From the NCBI GenBank assembly GCA_051362555.1, contig CM120647.1, forward strand, positions 7,874,001 through 7,938,000: a DNA stretch of 64,000 bases, written 5' to 3'. The DNA is from Lingula anatina (taxonomy: Eukaryota > Animalia > Brachiopoda). The notes under the pieces are model-generated. The model had not been told where the DNA came from. It saw only the letters and a list, made by a program, of their open reading frames with translations, and made no database searches. The translations under genes and the position numbers were made by a program. Below are positions 40,701 through 55,200 of the stretch, one piece after another (position 1 is the stretch's first letter; every line of letters starts with the position of its first letter).

Positions 40701-43700
40701 TTTCTTGGAAATGTGACTGGGAATCGCATAATTCTCAACCTTGTTGGTACCGTTACATTGTTATACTTGATCTATCTCTCCCGCTTAGCTGACATTTGAA
40801 TAATAAATGATGATCTTTATTGCTTTGAACCACATTTTCCAGGCATGTACTGTTCTCGCAACCTTGAGTGAAGTCAAGTAGACAAACAGCCATTTAAGTT
40901 TACTGGAATCATTGTGTACCCAACAAAAAAGAGAAAATGCTAATAGATTGGTTATTCCATCTCAGGAAAGGATGAATTATGTTTACAAGACAAAGGGAGC
41001 ATTCAGATAAACCATTCGTACTGGCTGGATTGCTGTAACTCTTTTGGAGATTCTCCCAAAGTGCAATCATTGTAATTAGCTTAAATCTCTGACACACCTC
41101 TTCAAGTTGCTGCAGGGGTCTTGCAATTAAACCTCAGAGTTGGGATTTAATTCGTTTAATGACATGTGTGGCACGTGTGGCAGTGGGGTGACCATGATCA
41201 GCAGATAAGGTGGCTGTGCTTTCATGTGGGGTCTGCCATATTTGATCCACAGATCAGTAGATCCAAGGACAAACTGTTGTGAATACCCTCTGACATATTG
41301 CCATTTAAAAGTTTTAATCAAATTTTGGTCTGAAAAACTTGTCTCCAGGGACATTGTCTTGATCTGTCCAAGGATCTTACTGACCAGTAATTGACCATTA
41401 GTCAGTTGGATTGGCTGGGCATCTGCTTGCAGTGACCACTGGGGAACAAATGGTTTTTGTACAGTCAGCGATACATACTTTCTTGTTATTTAATCATCTA
41501 AAAATACTTTTAACTTTTGTGTGTGTTATATGTTTTGTGTTGGGTTTGTCAGACATAGACTTTTTTCTGCAGAATCATAGAATTTCAAGATTAATTCAAG
41601 TTTATTGGATCAAAGATAGTGTTCGGACTCTGTAGCCAGTTTAATATTTGGTCCTACAATAAGTGTTCATGGATTAAAAGAAAAATGTAGGCAGATCTCA
41701 GTCAAGTCTGATCCTTAGCTCCAACTTTGTTTCTTTGGATAAAGAGCTGAGAAAACCCAAATATTATATACACCTTGTCACCTTTTGGTAAAAACAGGTG
41801 GTTACTTAAGTTTTTGATAACTCAGCCATCACCGATCATGATTCTCTAAAATTTTGCAATCATCATGCAAAAAATTTTATGATGTTGATTCTGGTACATA
41901 AAAGTTGTCAAATTCTTCTGTGCCTCAGCCTTCTTGAGGTATTGATAAAAAATATGTTTTGGCCACACCACAGAAAAATGCCAGCACCACAGATTTTGAT
42001 ATCCATCATGTATCCAGAACCATTATAAAGGTATCATCTGTAGCCAGCAATTTCAAAAACAAGGGGGGGGGGGGGGGCTCTCCATTCCACACACACCCTT
42101 AAGTGACCCATTAAAATGCCATAGAACCTATATCAAATATTGATTTTAAGAACTTTGTGACCAAAGGACGGGTACTTCACCCCCCCCCCCCCCCCCCCCC
42201 CCCCCCCCACCGCCACTGTTGTTGTTTACCCCATACCAAATGCCATTTTGTGAATTTGTAAATTTTGTAAATTTGTTCAGTTATTGGCCTTTTTATATAT
42301 TCGGTGTGGAAAGTCACCTCAATGATTTTTTCTCTTTCTGGTGTTAACGAAAGCTATAATTAACAACTGGACATCTGGTGGTCAGTGGTCAGTGTTTGTC
42401 CAGGACCCAAGGTGGTGGACACGAGATGCTGCTGTAATTGAATTATTTATGGAGAAAATCTATAAAACTTTCTTATTCTGGCTGGAGAAGTCGCCAGCGT
42501 GGAGATGGAGTTCAATTAGTCTGGGCATAGTTGTTTGGAGACTATTTGTGGTTCCGTCAATGCAGGGAGCATGTACTTTGGTTCATTGGCTGTGGATTTT
42601 TTAAATTTTTTCTTTCTTTCTTATTATTGTCATTTATTTATTTATTTATTTTTCAAAATTTTTTTTGCTTTTTATTTTTCTTTTTTCATTCAGAGGCATA
42701 ACCTCCGAAAACATCCCCTGTGGCAAGCACTGGCTTTTTGTATTCTTCATTTTCATTATTTAACAGGCAGCAGCCCTAGTCAGTGATGTAACTTCAGAAA
42801 ATTGCGCCTATGGCAAGCACTAAAATTGCATTTTTTTTTGCAGGATATTTCTTTATTGGATCAATAAGAGCTTAAGGTTAATAAACACCGCATTTGTGAA
42901 AAAACTATATAACAAGATTTATTTATTTATTTATTTAATAAAAATATTGTAGATATTAATTTCTTCCTAAGTTACAAATTCGAAAAAAATTCTGTCATGT
43001 CTGATGACATATTGCAGCATAGTCTGACTCACCCTTTGTGTCTGTTTATTTATGAAACTTGTCTGCATGTTAGGAGACATTGTTGTCTAAGAGAAATTGA
43101 TACCGAGAAAAGGATGCATGTACCAACAGCTGAAATGTCACAGTGACAAAAGGGAATGTTTCAAAAAAAAATAAATAAATAAATAAAAAAATAATAATAA
43201 TTAATAAAAATCATAAAAAATTAAAACACAAAAAAATAAGTCTGATTTATCTTTAAAATAAAATTATAGTCTATGTTTACCTTAGGTAAATAAAATTCAA
43301 TCAAATGAAATATTTTGCTGTCTTATAACAGAAAAGATAGTTCGTATTACTGAGACCAATATTTTATTTGAGATGACTTCTGTGGAATTAATCATGGTTT
43401 CATCTAAAGCTGAATAAACCAAAATTTTCATTCCAAATGATTAGACCAACTTTTTGGACTAGAGTTATCTAGTGAAACAGGCTCCCAGTCTGCACCATAA
43501 ATGAAGCTTTCCCCAGAGATCAAGCCATCCAGCCATCATTTGGACTGACACATTCCTCAAAAGACTGCTTATATTTCCAAAGACGGGCTAGATGGCTTAC
43601 ACAATTTTTGGGAAATGACGGTTGGTTAGGCTTGCTTGGGTTGGACTCCCTGTAGATCGATGACCAAAATACAGATTCACATTTTGGACTTCCTGTACCC

Positions 43701-46700
43701 CAAATCCTGGGGAAACCCCTGGCCATAAAATTTTCAGCTTTCTGGCCATGCGAACCATCAGTTTTCTTTAATCTACTGGTCAAAATCAGGATTCACTGGT
43801 CCAAATAATGATTTCAATAAGACTAGATATTTTCCCTTATTGCATTAATTAATATAAATAACAACAAGACCTTGATTTTGTCAAACATTTAAAAAAATCA
43901 TCTTGTAACAACTACATTTTAGAAAAAAAATCAACATTGAAGTTATTATGAAAACCTTAAGTTAAAAAATCTCTACTGGCCATGTTGGACAACCAAATGC
44001 AAACCTTTTGAAAAATCTACTGCTCTAATAACATTTTGCTGGCATAATTGTAGCAGACTCAGCCCCTGGTTGCTGCCGGGAGAAATATATATCGAGGAGA
44101 TAATAGACTCAAATGTCAGTGTGACATTTCTGCTGCAGCCTCTCTTAGGGACCACTCCTAGACCCTATTGTAGTAACTGTGGATTGATCTATCTACGAGA
44201 GGATTCTCACGAAATTGCAATCAACTTAAATGGCTTAAATGTCTGTCACACCTACTGAAGCTGCTAGGGGGTAAATAATTATCGTTTAGCAGCTTCAGTA
44301 GGTGTTCTAGACATCTAAGCCACTTAAGCTAAAAGCAATTTAGTGAGAAACCCCTTGAAGATTGAGTAACCAGTCTTAATCCCCTCCACCCCATCTCCAC
44401 CCGGAAACTGCCCTGGCCAAACAAATTACTGCTGCAGGAAGGAGCATGTCATCTGGATTTGTGATCTATTATTTATCTGGAAAACACAATTATTCCCACT
44501 CTTAAAGAGTCTTGGTTGATTGCCAAAAGTGGGAAGTGGGAATAAAGATATGCAATGTGAATATATATCCAGGCTTGATACTTACTAGAATGTATCATGG
44601 TCTTGTATGATAATAGTAATAATTTTTATCAAGATATTAACATCTGACATCCTTCTAATTTAATTTGGTAAAAAATAGAAGGGGTAAAAAAATAAAGCAG
44701 TTTTTCTTTAATCAACAGTTAGATATTGAAAAGATTGTTTATTGCAGTGTCTACTTAGAGTATCCAACCTTTGACATTTCAATGTCTACTCTAGTATAAT
44801 AGACTATCTAGAACATCTTCCTGAGGGAATGAGACTATCCAGTTGAATAGCCTCTATCCAAGAGTATTTGCAGGCTCGTAGCCAGCAATTGCAAAAGGGA
44901 GGTTCTTTTTCTGAAAATGTGGTACTTTTGTCATGAAATCTGAGATCAAATTTACTCAGAGTGGACCTTTTGCCAGCAAAAAGGGGGGTTCTTCTGAACC
45001 CCCCAAATCCCCCTGGCTACGGGCCTGATTTGAGAAAGTAGAAGGTTCCATGTTAATGAGGGAGGGGGAACGCTATGGAGAAATAATAAAGTTAGGAAGG
45101 GGAATATAGCATAAGGTTAAACAAAAAATATTACAACTATGAGTGAAAAATACTATGGAAGAGAATTAAAGATAGAACCACAATGGAGATATTGTGGAAC
45201 AGCCCCTTTATCTTGAGAATTGTTTACATAAACCTGACTCCTCATAGCCTCCAGGTAAAAAACATTCCATGCAGCCAAATAAACCTAGGGAGTTTAATTT
45301 CTAGGAATCTGTGTGAACCTATAGCTCGGGGAATATGAATTGACGTCAGATGGACATGCTGCACAAAATGTTTTGCCCCCAGGCCACCTTTCGTACTCAT
45401 ATAAATATTATATGTAGTAGTTTTTGTCGCCTTCTGGGGACTTCCACCCTGTGTTTCAGGGATCACTATAGAATTTAAGAAACTCTCCTTAGTTGTCAGA
45501 GGGTGTATGTTGCCTCATGTGATCTTTGGTACTCAGGGTTTGGCCTGGGCTGGGTCAATATTTCTGCCCTTGAATGGCATTGGGTGGATGAGGGGGGGGG
45601 GGGGGGAGGGGAGGAGGGGGGGGAGGAGGGGTGTACTGGCAATTTCAGTTTGCTTGGCAAATGGATATAGTTAGGTACATAAATGGATATATGTGAAGGA
45701 ATAAATATAGGAATGAAAGTATTGATGAAATAATGAATGAAGAAGAAAAAATGAATGAAAGAGCGAGTAGACAGATAGATTAAAGAATAAATAGATATGT
45801 ATAGAAATGAATGAATAAAAGAAAAAAGGAATAAAACTAGGTTTATTATTTTAATAATTAAAATACTTATCATAATAAGTTATAATTCTGATATATTGAG
45901 ACAGCAGCCATAGTATTTTTCGTTGTGTAGAAATATAACTTCTTATATTAGTTTCAAGGAAAAACGAGTTAGGCAATCAGCACTGAACATCCTTCATGAA
46001 ACAGACTTAGTTGGCTAAGATTTTTAGTCAGCTTATCTAAGACTATCTATAGACTCTTTTTTTTTTGTTTTGTTAAACATGACATCTGAATAATGATTTA
46101 CAGTAGACTCCATATAATTTTAACACATTGGGATCAGAATTTCATTTTATCAGAGTTTTATTTTCTGTTCCACAGATTTGTTTCATTTTTGTGAATATTT
46201 CTGTTAGGAATTGCTCATGTATCAATTCCAGACAATACTTAAGAAAAAAATCTGTTTCACAAGATTTTTTCTTTTGGGACCATGATGATTCAAGTTAGTA
46301 CGGTGAAATGTTGTGCCAAGTCTTTCTGCCATCCTGTCCTAGAGGCAACTTGTCTTTGGGGCAAATGATGACCAAGACAGTACCTGAGTATAAATTCTTG
46401 TTCCAATTAAATCATTTGGAGGGAACTAAAGGAGCCAAATCTAAAAAAAAAAAAAGAAAAATAAATAAATAAATAAATAAATAAAATAATAATAATAAAT
46501 AATAATAAACAAAACAAAACAAAAAAACCCACACATTTGTTTACAAAAAATTCTGCCATCAGGTCATGTCCCTGTTTTAAGCCAAGGACCCCAGCTATCC
46601 AGAATACTGTGACATGTGCACAAAAGAGAAAATATTGGAAAACTATGTACTAATTAGGCTGAATTCACTACAATGGACTTACTAGTATGCAAATCAAATA

Positions 46701-46944
46701 TGGCCGACCCACTTGAATGCAAATCTATTTTTTAGTCTATAAGGGGATTAGGCAGCAAGCTTTTAAGTAGGTTGCCATATTTGATCCACAGACGAGTAAG
46801 TCTGGTGTTCTGAATGCAGCCATAAAGTTGTGTTCATAGATAATGACCAATATGGATCAGACTTCCATGGTCAGTGAAAATAATGGATTTGATTTGTTTT
46901 TATGTTTAATGTGCTCTCCTTTAAAAAAAAATGAGCAAGGCAGT

Positions 46945-46987
<43 letters not shown>

Positions 46988-49900
46988 TATACTAGTATTA
47001 TTCATTCTTGTTTTTAACCAGTTGCTTTGAGGCATATAGCCATCATGAAAGAAAAATGTGTTTACTTGGGTGCAACACATGGTGCATTAGATAAATTGCC
47101 ATCAACTTGCTCATTTCATTTCCAAGGACCAGTCTTCAGAGAATCTCTCTTCATAATCACTTGTAATGAGTTTATGAATTAGGAACAGGTGTTCTGTCAT
47201 TTGTCAACTGATCCTTAACTGTGTTCATCCGTGATGATCGAGTACTTGGAATTGTTGATTCCTGTTGTTTCAGATTATGAGCTAGGCACAGGTATTTGTC
47301 AACTGATCCTTAACTGTTTCATCTGAGAAAACTGAGTACCTGGAAAATGCTGATTCCTATTGTTTCAGATTATGACTTAGGCACAGATGTTTGGTACAAT
47401 TGGTATTTGTCAACCGAACCTTAACAAGGTGCTTCCGAGGAAACCAAGTACCTGGAATTGTTGATACATGCACCTGTTGTTTAAGCTTATGAACTATGAG
47501 CAGATGTTTGTTCATTTGTTTACTGATCCTTAAAGGTGTTCATCTGAGGAAACAGAGTACCTGGAACTGTTGATGCTTACCTGTTGTTTCTTGGAATTGT
47601 TTCTTGGAAATTGTTTCGTGGAACCATTTGGCTGGCAGTCATGTCATTTTGTCATGGAACACTGCAATGTGAAGTCAACAAGTGCTCATTAAAATTGCTC
47701 TCTGTTTCAGAGTATTCCTGTATTCAGAAACACTTTTCATCAGCCTGCATTTCTGACTGCAGCAGCGATCCTTTACCCAATTTGCTGGCCATCACCCTTA
47801 GTTTCACAGCACTGACAGTGCCTCTCCTCTGTCATCCTGAGTGTGAGAGTACTATCAAAAACTTTCCTCTACTGTACTTGCTCACTGTCAGCCTGAATTT
47901 CAGAGCCTTCACAGCCTTCCTCTTCCCCCCCCCCAAAAAAAAAACTAAATTAAACAAATAATTAGGAAAATAGTTGCATGTTAATTAAGACAAATTTAAC
48001 TTACAAGCAATCATCTTATTTTTAGAAATCTCCAAGATGACCTGGATAGTTATCAAAAATCGGTCGTCAAACTTAACGAGGAGCTAAGCAAGCAGCCAGC
48101 AAATAACAGCGGAGGCGGAGGGAACCAGGGTGCTGTCTGCCAGATCTGCCACAAGACCAAATTCGCTGATGGCCTGGGACACCGGTGCAACTACTGCAAT
48201 CTTCGCTCGTGTGCTCGCTGCGGTGGTAAACTGCAGCTTAAACAGAACAAGGCAAGAAGTCCTGTGGTAATGTATATTGGTGGCTTTCTACCTGCTTTTT
48301 ATGTGTAATAGACAGTTCCGATAAATAAAATGGGTGAGAATATACTGCACTTGATCTTCTCCTTAAGAAGGTAGGAAATGCCTGCCACAAGTATCGATCC
48401 AGGCAAATAATACATGGGTGAGAAACTGTTGCTTTAAGACTCTAGCCATGATTTAAGAATCCTTCTGAAGTAAAAAGTTTGAAATGACTTTCCAATTAAA
48501 CGTAAAAATGGCTTACTCCCTGCTTTTTCTGTGTGCTATTCTAATGAAAAAAATGATGTGGTTTTGGGGTGAAAATTTGTTGCTGTATGATTTTGCCTAT
48601 TTGCCTAAAACTAAAAAAAATCAGTATTGTTAATGCATGCCATACCTGTCAGGTAGCAGTTTTAGTAAGAGTCGCAAATAAACTGGAGTTGGTACATGTA
48701 GATTTCATCCCTTTTCACATCTTGTAGTACCCTTTTTATGTACAGACACAGATGTGTCTGTACATATAGCCATCATCTGCGTCTGTCGTCGCCGTCGCCG
48801 TCGCCGTCGTCGCCGTCGCCGTGCACTTTTACCGATAACACGATAAGTGGAAAACTGTTTTTTCTTTTGGCTTGAAACTTACAAAACTGATGAATATTCA
48901 TAATAAGCAGGTCAAGTTCGAAAATCAGCATGATCGGGTCACTTATAGGGAATTTATGCTGTTTTTTCACTTTTTTCAGCATATATGCAGCACCGATAAC
49001 ACGATAAGTGGAAAACCATTTTACCTTTTGGCTTGAAACTTACAGAACTGATGAATATTCATAATACGCAGGTCAAGTTCGAAAATCAGCATGATCGGGT
49101 CACTTATAGGGAATTTATGCTTTATTTCACTTTTTTCAGCATGTATGCAGCACCGATAACACGATAAATGGAAAACCATTTTACCTTTTGGCTTGAAACT
49201 TACAGAACTGATGAATATTCATAATACGCAGGTCAAGTTTGAAAATCAGCATGATCGGGTCACTTATAGGGAATTTATGCTGTTTTTTCACTTTTTTCAG
49301 CATATATACAGCACCGATAACACGATAAGTGGAAAACCATTTTACTTTTTGGCTTGAAACTTACAGATCTGATGAATATTTATAATACGCAGGTCAAGTT
49401 CGAAAATCAGCGTGATTGGGTCATTTTTAGGGAAGTTAGGCTATTTTTTCTCTTTTTTCAGCATATATGCAGCACCGATAACACCATAAATGGAAAACCA
49501 TTTTACCTTTTGGCTTGAAACTTACAGAACTGATGAATATTCATAATACGCAGGTAAAGTTCGAAAATCAGCATGATCGGGCCATTTTTAGGGAAGTTAT
49601 GCTGTTTTTTCACTTCTTTCAACATATATGCAATGCTAATAACACAATATAAGAAAAACAGATAGGCCAATTGTCATTATACTCACAGGAGTAGTCAAAC
49701 TAACTAAAACGCAGGTTGAGTTCCAAAATAAGCATAATCGGGCCATTCTTACAGAAGTTATGCTGTTTTTTCTTATTTCCTCAGATTCAATTGTTAGGCA
49801 TGTTAACAGTCTCATTTTTGAACTAATAAGATACGTAAAAGTGTTTGTTTGACATTTCCTGCATCTTGATACTATTGTTAGTTGATTATGTAAAAATGAT

Positions 49901-52211
49901 GGTAAACTTGTTATTGTGTATTATGTTATAAAGTGTCAAAAATGGAAATAAACAAATATCATTGCAGTTTGTCAGATTCAGTCATCTACTATATTCATTA
50001 TCTCAGAATGGAGGAAATTGGACATTTAACACTGTTCTATTGATATTTTTCCCATCTCATCAATTTTCTTAGTTGATCATATACAAATGGTAGAAAACTG
50101 TTTATTTTGTTTTATGTTAAAAAAGTGTTTTAAAAATGGAAGTAAACCCATTGCAGAACAGTGCTGTCTTGTTTCAGCATATATGCAGCACCGATAACAC
50201 GATAAGTGGAAAACCATTTTACCTTTTCCCTTGAAACTTACAAAACTGATGAATATTTATAATACGCAGGTCAAGTTCGAAAATCAGCATGATCGGGTCA
50301 TTTTTAGGGAAGTTATGCTGTTTTTCACTTTTTTCACCATATATGCAACACTGATAACATGATAAGTGAAAAATCATTTTACCTTTTGGCTTGAAACTTG
50401 CAGAACTAATGAATATTCATATTACGCAGGTCAAGTTCAAAAATCAGCATGATCGGGTCATTTTTAGGGTAGTTATGCTGTTTTTTCACTTTTTTCAGCA
50501 TATATGCAGCACCGATAACACGATAAGTGGAAAACCATTTTACCTTTTGGTTTCAAACTTACAGAACTGATGAATATTCATAATACGCAGGTCAAGTTTG
50601 AAAATCAGTATGATTGGGTCATTTTTAGGGAAGTTATGCTGTTTTTCACTTTTTTCAGCATATATGCAACACTGATAACATGATAAGTGGAAAACCATTT
50701 TACCTTTTGGTTTGAAACTTGCAGAACTAATGAATATTCATAATACGCAGGTCAAGTTTGAAAATCGGCATGATCGGGTCATTTTTAGGGAAGTAATGCT
50801 GTTTTTTCACTTTTTTCAGCATGTATGCAACACCTTTGTGCTATATGACGGTACTGTATGGATAGCAGTCTTTAAAATTGTCCCTTGGGTGATCACTAAT
50901 TAAATTAAGGTCTATAAAGTCACTTGCCTACTCATTAATTTTCAATTGGCCATTAAATGAGATTACATAAAACACTCCTTGAGATTTCCCTGTAAAGTCC
51001 CATAGGTTTAGCTCTCTTAACTGTGTCACAAAATTAGGATTTGGTGATAATTGTGCAGATAAATGGTGTTTAACATTGCAAATAATTTACAACAAAAAGA
51101 ATGTGTTATGCCAACATGCTATAGATGCATAACAGTGCTTTATTTTTCTCAAACTTGGTGGGGTTATTAATGTCAAGTTAATATAGCTAGATTAAAAGTT
51201 TGAATAGCAGCTTTATTGGAATTTTTTACATTTTATTTAAAATTTTTTTAAAATTATTTTTCAAACACTAGCATCTTCAAGATGTGATTTTATACTCCCA
51301 TCCACCAGAAGTGCTGAGCATTTTCTGTATTTTTGTATATAATTGTTATTTCTTCAGATTTAATTCTTAGGCATGTTAACAGTCTCATTATGGAACTAAT
51401 AAGATATGTAAAAGTGTTGTTTTGACATTTTCTGCTTCTTAACAATATTGTTTGTTGATTATATAAAAATGACGGTAAACCTGTTATAATATTGTGCATT
51501 GTGTAATAAAGTATCATAAATGGAAAGGAACTCATCATTGCAGTTTGTCAGATTTAATCATTCACTATGTTCAGCATCTGCAAATGGAGCAAATTGGACA
51601 TTGAAAATTGTTCTATTGATATTTTTCCTATGTCAACAATTTTCCTAGTTGAACATTTAAAAATGACAGTTTATTGATCATTTTGTTTTAAAAAAGGTGT
51701 TGAAAATGGAAAGAAAATCATTTCAGTACAGTTATCTCTTGTTTACATTTTGGCATTTTGAAAGTGTGACTCTGAACTTCCATGGCCTTGAAGACCTTCC
51801 CAAATCACATTTTCTGAATATTCATGATACTTTTATTTTTTTATAAAAAATTTGATGGTCATTATGCTGTTAAGTATTATGTTTTATTGCATGAAAGTTG
51901 AAGAAAAACCTATTTTGGACACTGCTGCCAGGATAGCGATTAAGGGAAAACCATGTTACTTACCGTACGATACTGAAACTTAGTGAAAAGTTTCATAAGA
52001 CAGAAATGCGCAGCTTGTGTTTGATAGCCAGTGTGATTGTTTTCTGTTTTGGAGGCAATGCAGGTTTATAGAGTGCTATACTGCCATTTTCAAGTTGTGA
52101 CTTATCACTCCCATCTGACAGGAGCCCTGTACTCTTACTTTGTAACATTTTCTGTATTTTGTTAAGTTACAAGAATGATTCTTAGGATTGACATATAGCC
52201 AAAAAAAAAAA

Positions 52212-52284
<73 letters not shown>

Positions 52285-55200
52285 GAGTTAAAGCAATTTT
52301 TTTTTTGTGTGTAATTTTCACTGTACCTCATTCTGGCATTTCCAAAGTTTAACTCTTATCAGCCTGACACCTTAGGGACTATTTCCAGACCCTATCACGC
52401 TAACTGTGGATCAATCTATCTCCATGGGAATTCTCGCAAAATTGCAATCAATGTAAGTGGCTTAGTTGTCTGTCACGCCTACTGAAACTGGCATGCCAGA
52501 ATCCTAAGACTCTCAAACTGAAAGCAATTTAGTGAGAAACCCCTTGGAGTTGGATTGATCCTGTTAGATTGATCTAGGTATGGGAACTTAGTCTAATGCT
52601 TGATACACATTTTACTTTCATCCTAATCCAATGCTATGCAGAATAAGAATTTGATGTTGGCTATGCAGTTACAGTAAGCATAATACATTAGTTAATCAGA
52701 ATTGACAGTATCCTATTTCCTGCGTTTTTATTTTCTGGTTTTTGTCTGTACATTTGACAGCTTTGCTGCCTTGTTTGGTTTTGCACCTTTTTGAGAGTTA
52801 GGCACTATTTTTAGCCTGGCTTTTACACGTGAGAGAGACATTCAGAACGGACTAAGAGAGCTGGGGGTTAAATTAATATGGCCAGCCCACTTGCATGCTG
52901 GGACCGGACAATTTAGAAAGATGTGAATCAGAAAATAGTACCTTGTGATGTGAAAAAGGCCATTTTATTTGATTATGTATAATAATATTACTGTTAATGA
53001 TAATTATAATAATAATAATAATGAAAAACCTATTTCATCATACAATAAAAAATAGTTATAGTAATAATATATTCGAGAGCACTCCAAAAGTGAAGACCTC
53101 CACCAAGAATAAAAGCAGTGGAAAATTATTAAAAGAAAAAATGTTCAAATGGAGCTGGATATGTTGGAATTGAATCCATTTTCTCTCCTCAGCAAGACAT
53201 GTAACTGTATCAGTCCTGAATATTTCAACAAAATATCCTTTCCACTCACAGATACACATCCAACACTGGTGAAAACATGACATGCTGGTTGTTATGAATA
53301 AATAGATAAAAGTATGTGAGCCTGGTTATAAGCTACCCTCAGAAATGTCATCAGCGACCTTGATTTTCATGTACTAGTACTGCCGTCATCAAGATGGCTG
53401 CCATGTTGTCATTGGTTTGTCCTAACAGAGACCCACATTTAAGACATCATTTGCTTAGTGAACTCCAACGTATTATGGCAGGAAAAAAGGATATTTTTTA
53501 TGATGGTAGAGTAAAAACTTTCTGTATGAACACTATGAGATGAAATGAAATTAGTCATTTGGCTGTGGACAGTTTTATCGAAAGCGATATATATCGATGA
53601 GTCAGTCATGTGAAAAGAGTAGGGAAAACCTATTGCGTTCTGTTTCATTGGCCTTATTTATCGAGCGTGATGCGTTATTTCAGCCCAATATTCTGCATGA
53701 AACGTGATTCAGGAATTCTTGGTGACTGGTGATTGGCCTGTATATATCTTGGTGATTGGTGATTGAGCTGTTTTAATCTTCGTAATTGGTGATTAAGGAG
53801 GGGTATTCCCTACCCACTTGTGGTCATATCTTCAATGAACGGTTGAAGGTGTTTCTTACATTACAGTCTGTGAATGACATTTATATTCCGCGCACAGTTA
53901 AAGTACTCGTAATCTCAATATGCGCTGACATCAACCAGACTGGCTGAAAAGACGGGGAAGGACATTGACCTTTAAGCTAAATCCTGCCCTATGTCGTCCA
54001 TGCTCTTAGTGCATGCGATATTGAACTGATACACTGCCACCTCTTGCCTGCAACATCTTCAATATTTTCCCATCCCTAGCCCCAATACATGTATCATCCA
54101 TTAGGAACATTGGATATGCGTAATCCACAGTCCAGCCCCTGTGGGGCTTGAAAGGGGCACCTGTACATGGATCTTTACAATATTAGAGAGAAACACTTGA
54201 TCAATAACAGTGAAGTATTGATTATACACCCAAATGGCACAGGTGTAGTCTTCTGGGCCTTATGAAAGGTATATATGTATTTGTATAAGGTCATGTGCTT
54301 CCTAATGGGGATATTCTTTGTTATATATTTTAAGGAAATGATATGAATGCGCTTGTATTATCACAATGTTGCACTAATGTAAAATTTAGTTCTACAATGG
54401 TTTATTTTTGGTAGGGACATAATTCTTGGTACAATAAACCATTGAAATGGACATGTTTTTGGTACAAGAATCTAGCAAAAGGCTTTTTTTGGTACTTCAG
54501 TGTAAGGGATCAACATAGTACTTCAATTAAAATTGAAAGGGACACACTTGCTCTTTGATATCTCATTCCACATCACCGTCTAGTGACGCAATAGGCTCCA
54601 CATGAGAGATGCGCATACTAATAACTTTAGTTTAATATCAGTATGAAAGGATCATGAGTTTCAGTGCAAAACCTAAATAGTAAATGTATGGGGCATATAT
54701 TTTTGGTACACCTAGTGAAAGGCTCACTTTTTAGGCAAAGTTATATCTGAAAAAGACATGTGTTTGGTTAATTCAGGGTCGCTTTTTGGCACTATAACTC
54801 AGTGAATGGGGCATATTTATTTTTGGTACACTTTTAAGTGAAAGGCTCACTTTTTGGCACTGTATCTTGGTGAATGGGGCATATTTTGGTACACTAAGTG
54901 AAAGGCTCATTTTTGGCACTGTATATCTTGGTGAATGGGCCATGGTTTTCCTACACTAGTTGAAAGGTACACAGCTTTTTTACTCAATGCAGTGGACATA
55001 TTTTTAGCGCGGTCAATGAAAAGTTCACATTTAGGCACAGTTACGCTCAATAAATGTGGCAAAATTTTGGTAAAGTGACATATATCGCTACGCTTGATTG
55101 CCTCTTATATGCTTTAAGGCTAATGTTGATGAAATTTGTCCATAGTTGGGGATAACCATTAAAAGATAGGAGTGGAGGCTTATACTAGTAAGTATACAGG

